Shown here: piece by piece, positions 1-12,483 of the stretch
Layout: the number at the start of each line of letters is the position of its first letter
Position numbering within the stretch: position 1 is the stretch's first letter
Assembly: GCA_951406725.2 (NCBI GenBank)
Contig: OX597817.1
Coordinates: 132,928,001-132,992,000, forward strand
Direction of reading: 5' to 3'
Source: Octopus vulgaris
Lineage: Eukaryota
Length of the DNA: 64,000 nt
Translations under genes and position numbers: made by a program
The notes under the pieces: generated by a model
Database searches by the model: none
What the model was told of the DNA's origin: nothing
What the model saw: the letters and a program-made list of their open reading frames with translations, nothing else

Positions 1-973
1 CTTCCATCTTTAATTCCTCGCCGGAGGAGTCGGGAGGATAAACAGGTTTACGCAGAGTGGAGCGGTGGAGCAGGAAAGATGGCTGATGTAGTTGTAATGT
101 GATTGCTAGTCTTTAACATAACTCGTCACTGCTGTTGACAATGTAAGGTTGCGTGGCCTGTCACACAGGCCTGTGGCTGTTTTATTAAAGGTGGGTTTTT
201 TGTGGTGAGTGATAGTGGTAATGTTGTGGTAGCGCTGATGTTCTGGCGCTAGTATTGTTAGTATTGTTGTTGTGGTGATGATGATAGTGGTGACAATGGT
301 GGCCAGCTTCTGTTGTCATTTGTGTGTGTGTTTGTCAAGTCGCTTCTAAAGAAAGCATCAACGTTTATTGGCTTTATTTCTTTCTCTTTGCGCTCTTAGC
401 CTTAATGGCGCGGTATTTTCTTTCTCTCTTCTTTTCTGGTGTCAATATGTACGACCAGCTAATGCAGCGAAATAAAATTACTCATTTCACAGCATGACGT
501 TTGCTTTTTTTCCCAATTGAAGACAGTAGACTATTGCTAAACGAAGCTAAACTTGACCTGTGGTGATTTCCTTCTTTTTCGCCCTTTTTCTTCTTCTTTG
601 TTCACTGCGGTGGGTCACGTGGTATGAAATAGCCGACAGTGAAGGATCGTGTAACAACTAAACATGCTTTACAAAGTAACAAGAAAATAAACGATGACAA
701 AGATAAATAAAGTGATGTCAACCACGAAGATGAGTCGGCCAGTCCGTATATTTAGAGCCAATTCTAGAACAGAAAGTGCGTGTGGTGGGGGCAAGATTGA
801 GCAAGATTTGGCTATTACTTGCAGCAGGTTGAAGAATCTCGTTGAAGTTCCACGACAATAATGATGAATGGGAAAGGAGGAGGAGGAGAAAGATAAGCGT
901 TTTATATTCTTTGATAATGATGTGTAACATAGAGTAAATAAAGTGTTGGCGTTTGAATATACTCCTCAAACAA

Positions 974-1401
974 GGCGGCCAGCTGGCAGAACTGTTAACA
1001 CGCCGGGCGAAATGCTTAGCGGTATCTCTTCTGTCTTTACGTTCTGGGTTCAAATTCCGCCGAGGTCGACTTTGCCTTTCATCCTTTCGGGGTCGATTAA
1101 ATAAGTACCAGTTATGCACTGGGTTCGATATAATCGACTTAATCCCTTTGTCTGTCCTTGTTTGTCTCCTCTATGTTTAGTCCCTTGTGGGCAATAAAGA
1201 AATAAGAAACATTAGCACGCCGGACGTAATGCATAGCGGTATTTCGTCTGTCTTTACGTTCTGAGTTCAAATTCCGTCGAGGTCGACTTTTATCTTCATC
1301 CTTTCGGGGTCGATAAATTAAGTACCAGTTGCGTACTGGGGTCGATTTAATCGACTGGCCTCGTCCCCCAAAATGTCGGGCTTTGTACCTGGACTAGAAG
1401 A
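974..1401 (+). mobile_element. Two tandem tRNA-derived SINE copies (family B)
   Basis: GGCGGCCAGCTGGCAGAA head, GGTTCAAATTCC B-box, central GTCGACTTTGCCTTTCATCCTTTCGGGGTCGAT motif (MetaSINE-like, from recall); second 5'-truncated copy starts about 1208; same family recurs elsewhere in the window. Confidence 0.85.
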
Positions 1402-1429
1402 GGATATGCTTCCCAAACGAAGAAAGTTT

Positions 1430-1873
1430 TTGATGATTTGATGAAGATGGCAGTGGACTTTCATCCACAAACGGTACACAATGAAATTTATTTTCTGTTT
1501 AAGTAACATCCCAACGAAGCTCCACATCATCTGCCGTCCGACCAAATGCTAAAAATAAATCGACCTTCTTTCGACTTGCCGACACAAGTCCACGTCTTTC
1601 TTCATGAACGTACATAATTATCCCGATTCACTTCGCTGATGCATGGCAGACGACAACCGACGTTCAGCACCACTTACTACGTTCATATGTTTGTTGTCAG
1701 CAGAACGAACAAAGGGTTTTCATACGCTTTGAAAGAAGCTCGCTGTATTTTTAGCATTGCGTAGGATGGCGGATGATGCGGGCCTCTGGTGAGGTGTTAC
1801 TTAAACAGGCAATAAGTTTTATTGTGTACCGTTTGTAGGTCAAATTCCACTGCCATTTTCATTATATCATCAA
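1430..1873. mobile_element. Decayed fold-back/MITE-like element with about 140-bp imperfect inverted arms
   Basis: 1430-1572 is the approximate reverse complement of 1731-1873 (TTGATGAT/ATCATCAA, ATGGCAGTGGA/TCCACTGCCAT, ACAAACGGTACACAAT/ATTGTGTACCGTTTGT, AATGCTAAAAATA/TATTTTTAGCATT). Confidence 0.7.
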
Positions 1874-1914
1874 TAAGGCTCTATTATTTTTATTATTTTT
1901 CACAAAAATTGAAA

Positions 1915-2465
1915 TCTATATATATAAAAGTGAAGTTGTGTGAGTGTCTGTCTCCTACGATTTAGATTCCTATCTACTCCCACATTTTGCGGTGCCGTTT
2001 AACCAAATTCGGGTATCTTATAGTCGTGATTCATATCGAGCCCGTCTGGGTATTAGCGCGCGTCTACGACGAGTCTACGATTTTTAAAATAATTTAACAT
2101 CATTTTTTTCCATTTCTTCCAATTTTTTCGTGTGTCGATGACGGCGGAGTTGGCGTCCATGCTCACACCTGCACCTGTGTAGCTCCTCCCCTTCTTCCCT
2201 CCCTCGTGAAGCTGTGGGGAAGGCAGGGTAGGGAAATCAACGTCGTAAAGCGTTGTCAAGAAGACCAGCGTTCTTTTAGAACAACGACTTCATGGCTTGA
2301 AGTCGCCAAAACAGAAATCGCTAAAAAAGCTGAAACATCCACAAAAACGGCAAAAACCGCCACACAGGGCAGGTTTCCTGTGCAAACAATTTGCACAACC
2401 GAATGTTTTAGTTGTTGCACAAATCTTTATATATAAAAGTGAAGTTGTGTGTCTGTCTCCTACGA
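1915..2465 (+). mobile_element. Non-autonomous Helitron-like fragment with repeated 5' end
   Basis: A|TCTATATATATAAAAGTGAAGTTGTG start at 1915, repeated at 2424; TC start after A is the Helitron 5' signature; no CTAG 3' end seen. Confidence 0.55.
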
Positions 2466-3292
2466 ATTTGAAGAGGACGAGGGCCGGAAAAGTTGTTATA
2501 ATAAATATATGCAATGGCAATGCATGCAGTATGTGTAAGTATAATCATAAACATTAAACCCGGTACCACCATAGATCGAAACGCTGATGTGATTTATAGA
2601 AGAATCTTTGTCATGCGTTGCACTTATCAAATTTGGTAAGTTTGATAAGTGCCAATACACGAAACGCTAGGCACTTGAGTCATACTCTTGCTTCTGAGAA
2701 AAAATTTTTTTAAATATAGAGACTGTGTGGTAAGTAGCTTGCTTACCTTACTACAAGAGAGTTCTTGCTACTTGGAAGTCACGTCTTTCGACGTGAAATA
2801 TTGAACATTTTGAAGCTCGACTACAGATAGGCGTTTGTTTTATTTTGGGGGGCTTAGTGGGGTTTGTTGCCTTGTATTTAATGAATTTTGGTGATCAACA
2901 GTCTCCACTCTGCTCCAGACACTTGCCTGCATGCGATCGTGCGAAAAGACTCACTTTCAGTGAGAATTGTGTTTTTGAGGAGGCGTAGCGCCTCCGCAAA
3001 AATTTGTTTGGTTGTGAGAATTGTCTTTGTGTTACTGTGTTCGTACCCTGGAAGTTCCATTGGATTTACCACAGGCAAGGAGTACGAAGGCGGAAAAATA
3101 AATTTTTGTGCTGCGACTGGGGTACCTGTATTCTTGTAGGTTACCGGAGCAGCGGGATTGTGTTGCCGTGAATTGAACTGACTTCCTTCATTCTTTTTCT
3201 CTGCTCTATCTTTCTGTTCTTTTTTGTGTTTTTTATTGAACTGTTTTGAACTTTGTGTTGGACCTTTTTTTGGAAACTTTGTTTTTGCAAGC

Positions 3293-3905
3293 ATGACAGC
3301 AGAAAGAAGCATTGTGCTGGAGTGGGAAATTTTGCCCCCTAAGCAGTGGATAAAGGACCGTAATGAGAGAATGGTGGTGTTGAGGACATATTCCAAGTCC
3401 ATCGACACCATCACTGTGTTCCCTCAAGTCGAAATAGAAAAAGAGTTGGCAGGAATTCTATCAAGTTTATTGCAAGGGGTGTCAACTTTGCAACAGTGTG
3501 GTTGCTATTTGACACCCCTGAGGAGGCTAGCATTTTCGCTAGCAAGCCCCTGGAAGGGGAAAAAATTTTGTTTCTCCCCACATGCCGTGGGAGAAAATTG
3601 AGAAGAGCCTGGGTGTGTGGGCTGCCACCCGGAATAGAGTCTGAGTGGATAGAGGACACTTTCCGCCGGGGTCTGGGTGGCAGCGGAGCCAGGCTCTTCA
3701 ATGTTAAAATGCTTCCTGTGGCTGATTGGGTGGGGTCGAAAGCAATTTTGACCCTATGGACCCAATCAGCCAAAGATCTGGTTTTTCCAGATTTTCTAAA
3801 GATGGCCGGTTCTAGGTATCCGGTGATTCTTGAAGGACGCCCCCCACACACACACACAAGTGTCACCTATGCTTGGAATCGGGCCACATAAAGAAGAACT
3901 GCTCC
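3293..3905 (+). pseudogene. Frameshifted ORF1 (gag-like, CCHC zinc knuckle) of an L1/Tx1-like LINE
   Basis: Three overlapping frames join MTAERSIVLEWE..., WLLFDTPEEA...VILEGRPP and [14 protein letters not shown] (CX2CX4HX4C at 3861-3902); truncated by (TA)n; about 2748-3292 is probably the 5' UTR. Confidence 0.8.
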
Positions 3906-4130
<225 letters not shown>

Positions 4131-4131
4131 G

Positions 4132-4470
4132 TGAAGGCGCATGGTTCAGTGGTTGGAACGTTGAGCTTACGATCGTGAGGTTGTGAGTTCGAATCCCGGA
4201 CCGGGCTGCGTGTTATGCTCTTGAGCAAGACACTTTATTTCACGTTGCTCCAGTTCACTCAGTTGTAGAAAGGAGTTGCGGCGTCAACGGTGCCAAGCTG
4301 TATCGATCCCTTTGCTTTTCCCTTGGATAACATCAGTAGTGTGGAGAAGGGATGCTGGTATGCATGGGCGACTGCTGGTCTTCCATAAAAACAACCCTAG
4401 GTGAGGCGACTTTCCGCTCAGACTTGTACCTCTTAGGCGCACTCATGGTCATTCGTGACCGACGGGGTCG
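4132..4470 (+). mobile_element. tRNA-derived SINE (family D)
   Basis: A-box TGGTTCAGTGG, B-box GAGTTCGAATCC, then CTTGAGCAAGACACTTTATTTCACGTTGCTCCAG core shared with 16196, 22109, 30735 and 32890 copies. Confidence 0.85.
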
Positions 4471-5188
4471 AGTTTAATATATATATATATCATATACTAT
4501 TGAATGCAGTAGTCGCACAAATATTGTCCATATATCCACACTGAGAGGTTGTGGATACACTGACCAAAATTACGACAACCGCGATGCAGAAACATTCCGT
4601 TAAGAGAACATATGGTTAAGTCCAGCTGAGTAACAATGATCCCAACAAACATTTTTTTGTTTCACCCTTTATGTCATTGCTGATGTAAAGAAAATTTATT
4701 TTGTCCGACTCATTGTTGTTGATAAACGTATATACGTGCGTATGCGTATAAGCATACAAAAAACGATGGCCCTCAGTCGTAAATGTGTATGGCTTGAATG
4801 TATGTACCATGCTTTCGTTAACTGTTTCAGGTGCCCGTCGAATCGTGAGCTGATGTTGACTCTCTGGCAGCCCTTCAACTACTCAACCCAGCTGAACATT
4901 GGGGTGGGGGAGAGACAGCTGGTAAAATATAAAGAGCAGCATCTGCAGTTAAGTGCTAAGTATTTTAGGCTGATTAGACGGATATAATGCGTCGCACGGT
5001 TCACATATCGAACCCATGACATTATGTTCCTCAGCCCAGTAACCTAACCGCTGGACTAGACGCACATAGTCATATGCTCACACAGAAGACTACATACATG
5101 CATACACATAAACATCACGCATGCATAACTACATAGACGCAAATGCAGATACATATGCGCATGTGTGAGTATCATCTGCATATGTGTG

Positions 5189-5246
<58 letters not shown>

Positions 5247-5788
5247 TGCGTGCGTGTATGTACCCGTATGAGTATGTAGATTCTTGTGCATCAGTGGCTT
5301 TATTATTGCACCAATAGAACGCATGAATACATCGAAGTCTCTAAATGCATTTAATGCCTTCACAAAGGGCGCAGTGCCTTTACTGTGGATGTTCTCCATT
5401 GAGCGGTCATTTCAATTAGATAGATCTGTTGGTGTCTAACATGCAACACGGTACAGCTAAGTACATACCTTCATGCTTCCCTACGTACAGCCATTTATTG
5501 GACATCTATCGCCGAGAAATGAATGCCTCGATGCAAATATATTGTTATGCAATTATTCTCTCCCTATTTCCTTTTTCACTTTCTCCTTTTCTTTCTTCCC
5601 CACCCCCCTCTCTCTCTCTCTCTCTTTCTCTCATTTCTTTAACCTTGTTATGCTTCTCTATATCTTTATTCTATCTCTGTGTGTGTCTAGATGCATACCT
5701 ACACAACACACACGCAACACACACACACACACACACACTCACACGCATATACATGTATATATATCAATCTATATAATATACATATATG

Positions 5789-5822
<34 letters not shown>

Positions 5823-5881
5823 GTGTATGTGTGTCTGTGCGTTTGTGTGACATACACAACTCAAACACATTAGTCGCAGAA

Positions 5882-5919
<38 letters not shown>

Positions 5920-6244
5920 ATACATATATACATATACATGTGCATATATGCATATACATATATAGATGTAGTTATATGTATATATATATGTATATATAAA
6001 TTTATGTATGTATATATATATATATATATATATATGCATGTATGTATATATATTTATATTTATGTATATATATTTATATATACAAATATATATGCATATA
6101 TATTTCTATGTATATATATACATACGAATATATATATAAATGTATTTATATTTGTATTTATATATATGCATATATATATATATATATAAATATATATAAA
6201 TATATGTATATATGTATAGATATGTGTATATATACGTATGTATG

Positions 6245-6300
<56 letters not shown>

Positions 6301-6342
6301 CATACATACGTCTATATACACATATGTATACATATATACATA

Positions 6343-6383
<41 letters not shown>

Positions 6384-6389
6384 TTATAT

Positions 6390-6505
6390 TTTATCCTTTA
6401 CTTGTTTCAGTCATTACACTAACGGTCTCTTTTGCTAAACTACTAAGTTGTAGAGACGTAAACACACCAACACCGGTTTCCGGGCGGTGGTAGTGGGCAG
6501 ACACA
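6390..6505 (-). mobile_element. 3' fragment of SINE family A
   Basis: CTTGTTTCAGTCATT and GACGTAAACACACCA match the tails of the 8742 and 50262 copies. Confidence 0.65.
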
Positions 6506-7756
6506 TACAAAAAGACACAAAAGCCCATATGCACGCGTACACGCGCACATGTCTGTTATACCCACACAAGCATATGTTTATAGACATACACACACTGACA
6601 CACACACAGACACACACACACACACACTTTATACAATAGTATTATATTCTTCCTGACCTTTTGCAATAAGCGATCTCGTCCCCGGTGTTTTGTCTTTTTC
6701 CCATACACCACCGGTCCACCTCACAACCGGATTTCATACAAAATCTTACTTATTGGTGGTCACCATATCTACCTTAACTCACAACATGTCCAAATCCATG
6801 TAATAACAGATCGATAGCATTCACTGTTTCGCCTGTGTATGTGGATATGTAAAGGGCGGCTGTTTTAATGACTAAGTCGTCGTGTGGCCATCATAGCGTT
6901 TGTGGTTACATCTAATTTCATTGACAAGCAAATATTTAGGAAATTGGACAGCACTAACTTCACAGGAAGTGAATTCTCAAAGGAATGGAAAAGTCTTATA
7001 AGCGATGAGAACTCGGTATACGACCTGCGGCGGTAGATAAAGACGGCCGATCGTATTGAACACGGTAGGAATTCTTATGATTATCAATTTGCAAGGTTAA
7101 TTTCTCTTGATAAGATTTCCGCCAGTTACCGTGATGTATCGTTTCTTCTCTCTTATACTATTTTATTCTGGTCATTTAACTGAGCGAGTTTCCTCTCTCT
7201 TAAGTGACCATCGTATTCTGGGCAATCCTTTCGCCTTGCCTTCCTAAGCTTCGTGTGTGACAAACGAATGTATATAGCGGAATATTCTAATGCGCAGTGA
7301 ATTATAAATGCATTTACCAACATATTCTGCATATTGATGTAGCTCACTTCAAACGCTTTTAACAGCCGAATACACTTTCGTTATACAGGGGCCTCCTATT
7401 AAATCAATAGCTTGCGAATCAAGTTATAATTTGCGTCAGAGGTATATATTCCTCGCATTTTTCACATTTATGAAATTATTTCGAATTCTAATACGCTGTC
7501 TTCGGGTCGTGTGTTCTGTTTCATATCGTTTACCATATTCAAGATGTTTAGAATAATATTGCAGGTTATATAACAAGCCTCACTGACCACCCATCCGTAA
7601 TCTCCATTGGATCCATTGCGGATCTTGCGTGTGACCTGAGTTTGGAAGGAGGGAGCACTTCTTCGTATCAAAACACTACAGTAACCTTTCAAAAAGAGCG
7701 AAGGACAAACGAAGAGGTGACATATGCATACGTACATGTGTATGTGTGTGTATGCG

Positions 7757-7822
<66 letters not shown>

Positions 7823-7906
7823 CACATACATACATACATACACCCATATATGCCTATATATGCAGATATATATAAGAATGTGTGTGTGCGTATATATATA
7901 TATGAA

Positions 7907-8068
7907 AGCGCAGGCATGGCTATGTAGTAAGTAGCTTGCTTAACAACCACATGGTTCCGGGTTCAGTCCCACTGCGTGGAACCTTTGGCAAGTGTCTTCT
8001 ACTATAACCTCGGGCCGACCAAAGCCTTGTGAGTGGATTTGGTAAACGGAAGCTGAAAGAAGCCCGTC

Positions 8069-8071
<3 letters not shown>
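7907..8071 (+). mobile_element. 5' half of tRNA-derived SINE family A
   Basis: GCGCAGG..TGGCT..GT.GTAAGTAGCTTGCT..CCACATGGTTCCGGGTTCAGTCCC head, ending GAAAGAAGCCCGTCG followed by (TA)n. Confidence 0.85.
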
Positions 8072-8098
<27 letters not shown>

Positions 8099-8103
<5 letters not shown>

Positions 8104-8342
8104 AAATTTAGAGGACTGACCACTAAAAGTGGACAACCTATATATTAGAAATAGACGTCAAAATCACCATTTTCCACGAAGAATGTATTCTCAAGATAAA
8201 AATTCAGCAAAAAAGCAACTCTTTGGTTTTTTGCTGAATTTTTTTCTTGAGAACACATTCTTCGTGGAAATTGGCGATTTTGACGTCTATTTCTAGTATA
8301 TAGGTTGTCCACTTTTAGTGGCCAGTCCTCTAAATTTTGTAT
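8099..8342. repeat. Near-perfect palindrome, about 118-bp arms
   Basis: ATACAAAATTTAGAGGACTG...TTCAGCAAAAAA versus TTTTTTGCTGAA...CAGTCCTCTAAATTTTGTAT; short central spacer near 8220. Confidence 0.92.
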
Positions 8343-8453
8343 GTAAAATAATTTTTAATCTTCGGATTTTTTTAAATATGCTAGGCCACTGGTTTTAATT
8401 GATTAATATCAATTTCTACCCTTATTTAATTATATATATATATATATATATAT

Positions 8454-8505
<52 letters not shown>

Positions 8506-8741
8506 GTGTGTGTATGTATGTATATATGTACACACATACACACACATGCACTACTTATTATGTTTGTCAAACTAAATATGTAACTTGATACGTTTTTAAC
8601 GAACCAGTTTCTAACGAACCAGTTTCCATCAAGGCGGTCGAGCAGCCGACCGATGGGTGAAAAATGTCAGCCAAATTTTCTTTACATCACACTCTCCTCA
8701 TTTAATTAACAGAAACGCATTAAACGATCGAATTTTAAATT

Positions 8742-9149
8742 CTTGTTTTTTTTCAGTCATTTGACTGCGGCCATGCTGAAGCACCGTTTTTAGTCGAGCT
8801 AATCGCCCCCAGGACTTATTCCTTATAAGCCTAGTACTTATTCTATCGGTCTCTTTTGCCGAACCGCTAAGTGACGGGGACGTAAACACACCATCATCGG
8901 CTGTCAAGCGATAATGGGAGACAAACACAGACACACAAACACACACATACATATATATATACATATACATATATATGTATGCATACAGCGGGTTTCTTTC
9001 AGCTTCCGTCAACCAAAGCCACTCACAAGGCTTTGGTCGGCCCGAGGCTATAGTAGAAGATACTTGCCCAAGGTGCCATGCAGTGGGACTGAACTCGGAA
9101 CCATGTGATTGGTAAGCAAGCTACTTACCACACAGCTACTCCTGCGCCT
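8742..9149 (-). mobile_element. Full-length SINE family A with internal microsatellite
   Basis: Reverse complement of the GGCGCAGGAG head at 9148; internal (CA)/(TA); tail CAGCATGGCCGCAGTCAAATGACTGAAA. Confidence 0.9.
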
Positions 9150-9419
9150 AAATCATCAAAAAATAATTAAATTAAAGGCAATATCTCGGCCTGATATGTT
9201 TCTGGCCCTCGGATCTGCTGGCTGAGGAGCAAAAATACCATTTCTTTTTTTTTTTTTTCTTTGTGTATATAAGTCTCCATCCTCATCCCATTCAATCTAA
9301 ACTGGATTGTAAAACTCGTCTTTTGTTCTTCACCTCCCTTCTTCCTGTGGCAATTTTTTTTTCTTTCGAATTTTGGTACAAAGACAGCAAATCTGAAGAA
9401 GATAAAAAAGATAACACGG

Positions 9420-9760
9420 ATCCCGGTGTTGAACAAGTACTTTATTTTACCGACCCCGAAAGAAGCATTTGAAATCATAAATAAAGAACCGGAAGGAATG
9501 TCGTTAAGCATTTTGTCCGGAACATGGACGATTCTGCCAGCTCACTGCATTCTCCTTTGATAATAATGGTTTCAGATTTTAACACAAGGACAGCAAAACG
9601 AGTAAATCAACCCCTAGTCTTCGACTGATACTTATTTTATCGATCTCGAAATGATGAAAAGCAAAGTCGACCTCAGCGGAATTTGAACTCAGAACATAAA
9701 AGACGGACGAAATGCCGCTGAACATTTTGCTCGGCACGCTAACAGCTCTACGGGTTCAAT
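9420..9760 (-). mobile_element. Two decayed SINE family B copies
   Basis: GCAAAGTCGACCTCAGCGGAATTTGAACTCAGAAC and TTCTGCCAGCTC reverse-complement motifs. Confidence 0.7.
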
Positions 9761-9829
9761 CCGCCGTATTCTACTTTGATAATATTGACCGGCGATAAGT
9801 TCCATGAATTTGCAATCAGATATGACTTC

Positions 9830-9925
9830 AGATCTATATTTAAGAGATGAGGAATTATGTACACTATCTATGCCCACGGGCATATGACGTAGTGGTTAAG
9901 AGCGCAGGCTACCAAGATTCCGAGC
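9830..9925 (+). mobile_element. Fragment of the tRNA-head/HHR element (inverted tail plus tRNA head)
   Basis: CTATATTTAAGAGATGAGGAATTATGTACA fused to TGCCCACGGGCATATGACGTAGTGGTTAAGAGCGC; both parts match the 21494-21956 element. Confidence 0.8.
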
Positions 9926-9955
9926 TTTTGATCGATGTATGAGTTTGGAATATTT

Positions 9956-10603
9956 TTAGTAGTATTTATATTTTGGCAGCTTCAGGTGATCAAAGTTTGT
10001 AGGCTGTATGACTTTGAATCCGGCGTTAAGTAAGCGCGAGATGGTGTGTAGGTTACCGAAACCTAAGTAAGAACTGTTTTCTACATATAATTCGAAATAC
10101 GGTGTAGGTGAATCCACGAAAACTTCTTCCTTGTTTCATGTAGTCCACTCTCCACAGACTATGTTGTCAATTTTGACACCTAATTTGTGACTCCTGTGTG
10201 GTGTTGCTGTCATAGTCAACCGTTCGAATTGGTTTGAACGTATCCAGCTTGTCATCCAGTACGGTACAATATAGTCTTCTGATTCCACGACGCCGTTTGC
10301 GTAATGTTTGACTATGTGGCAGCCTTTGTCGTCTCCTTCGTATTTGTTGAATATCCCTTCTGCTGTATTCATATTGCATGTTGTAATCGTGTTTCTAAAA
10401 GTTCGTGAGACGACGTAGGTTCTAGAGAAGTTTCCTGTGTCTTGTTTGATGTATTCTGATGTTGGTCTGGTGTCCCTTTGATGTGATGGGATGGGTCAGT
10501 CCGTAGCTGGATCTCATGCTGTGTTGTCCGACATAACTTTCGAGCATTCAACGATAATATGAGTCTTCGAAAACAGTTGCTCCCATAACTTCCACAATAT
10601 ATT
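9956..10603 (-). pseudogene. Unassigned 215-codon coding-like frame with three in-frame TGA
   Basis: Manual translation shows no TAA/TAG from 10603 to 9959; TGA at 10514, 10496 and 10136; complex non-repetitive amino-acid composition. Confidence 0.55.
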
Positions 10604-10889
10604 TTAGATTTTCTGGAGGGTCAAAGTTGGAAAAAAAATAACAGTGGAGGCTTACAAGGAAACTGAACAAAAAGAAACATGGAGGGTCGTTAGACCAGAA
10701 AGAGATCAAAATAGTGAATGTTGGGAGAAATATTTCTTTGAGAAAAGAAAAGATAGAAGAGAGCTATTAAAGAAGAAGCACTCGGAATACTTGCATCCGG
10801 TGCAATTGCAGCTAAAAACTACACAGGATTCGACTCAGTGTTTAGATCAACCGACCAAGGTAACACTAACGATAATAATATTTCTTTTG

Positions 10890-11015
10890 GCAACGGGAAA
10901 CTCAGAGTAACATTTTTTGTTGAATTTTCTGCTGCTTTAAATAAAGCATATTACTCTACCCCTGGTATTTGAGTACTCTTTTTTCCACCTTGTTTCACAT
11001 TTATGTGTTTACTCC

Positions 11016-11018
<3 letters not shown>
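10890..11018 (+). mobile_element. PLE-type terminal-repeat fragment
   Basis: GAAACTCAGAGTAACA (HHR 3' half)...AATAAAGCATATTACTCTACC...CACCTTGTTTCACATTTATGTG; reverse complement of about 37263-37400; ends in (TA)n. Confidence 0.6.
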
Positions 11019-11062
<44 letters not shown>

Positions 11063-11728
11063 GTATGTGTGTGTGTGTATCTGCATGTGTTCGTATGTGT
11101 GCTCATGATGTTAAGTGTGTTTGTACGGATATAACAATTCTGTTTCCATGCAGAAACCGACCCTAGGTAGTTTCTTGCAGTCACTATATTTCTGCAACAG
11201 AAGACACGATTTCGACAAAAGGCACAAACACACGAACAACGTCGCATTTTCACTCGGTAATGGTTTGAAGACATCTAAGACCCAACGGTCACATGATGTG
11301 AAAGCCGAGTGACAAGTCGCCTTGATCCGAGTTGCTGAACAGCCACAGTGAAACCATAAAGCTTCTAATATGAAGAGAACAGCGTAAATGATCTGAGTTC
11401 TGCTTTCTTTCTGTACACTGTAACAGAGGAAAATATATATCGACGGGGTGAGCAACAGACAAGAATATTGATAAACAAATAAGCCGACAGACGCAGTATT
11501 TTCATTTCGTGGGAACAGAAAGATGTTGAAGAACTAGAAAGGAATATCAAATGGTGCCGAGCGGATGTTCTATTCTAACATGAAAGGACCAATAAAAATC
11601 TAATATTTAGAATAAACTTGTTAAACAGAGACGCCTATAGATTTTATTGACACGAACACACATCTATGAATACATATGTGTTTGTGTATGTGTGTGTATG
11701 AGTGTGTGTGTGCGCGTGTGTGTTTGCA

Positions 11729-11773
<45 letters not shown>

Positions 11774-11864
11774 TTATATTTATGTATATATATGTATATG
11801 TTTATATACATATATATATATATATACACACACGTACATACATAGCTATACATATATATATATA

Positions 11865-12249
11865 CTAGCAGTATCGCCCGGCGTTGCTCAGGTTTGTAAG
11901 GGAAATAACTATAAAGCATTTTTAGAGAGTTATAGCCAAAAAATAGCAAACAAATGGAAAAAAAATGATGGTAAATTTTTTTTGAGAGTTAAAAAAGGTA
12001 GAGTTGCGTCCCCTAGACGGTCTGTGGTTTGGGTTTCTAATTCTCGACCCCATGTCGAATTTATCGATTTTTTTCAGAACTGGGGGAACTTTTCAAAATT
12101 TTCGCTGCGTTAGTTTTGAATTATGACATTGGGCTATGTGTGTGTCAAGTTTCATCAGAATCGGTTGAAAGCCGTGGTCAAAGTGAGGGTACGAGAAAAC
12201 AGACACACAGAAACACGCACAGACAAACTGCCGTTTATATAGAGAGAGA
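11865..12249 (-). mobile_element. Complete non-autonomous Helitron (385 bp)
   Basis: Minus strand: A|TCTCTCTCTATATAAACGG 5' end; 3' subterminal GC-rich hairpin CCTGAGCAACGCCGGG then CTAG|T; inserted between A and T with no TSD. Confidence 0.85.
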
Positions 12250-12418
12250 TATATATATATATGTATGTATATATACATGTATGTATATATACATGCATAC
12301 ACGTGGACACAAAAAAGTGGATAGAAGCTTGTATGATTGTGTGCACACACAGAAATACACACACATACATACACGCATATATATACATACATATATATAT
12401 ACACACACACATATATAT

Positions 12419-12483
<65 letters not shown>

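Noticed and set aside
2878-3414. 178-aa minus-strand ORF
   Set aside because: It is antisense to the LINE 5' UTR/ORF1 and has no motif of its own
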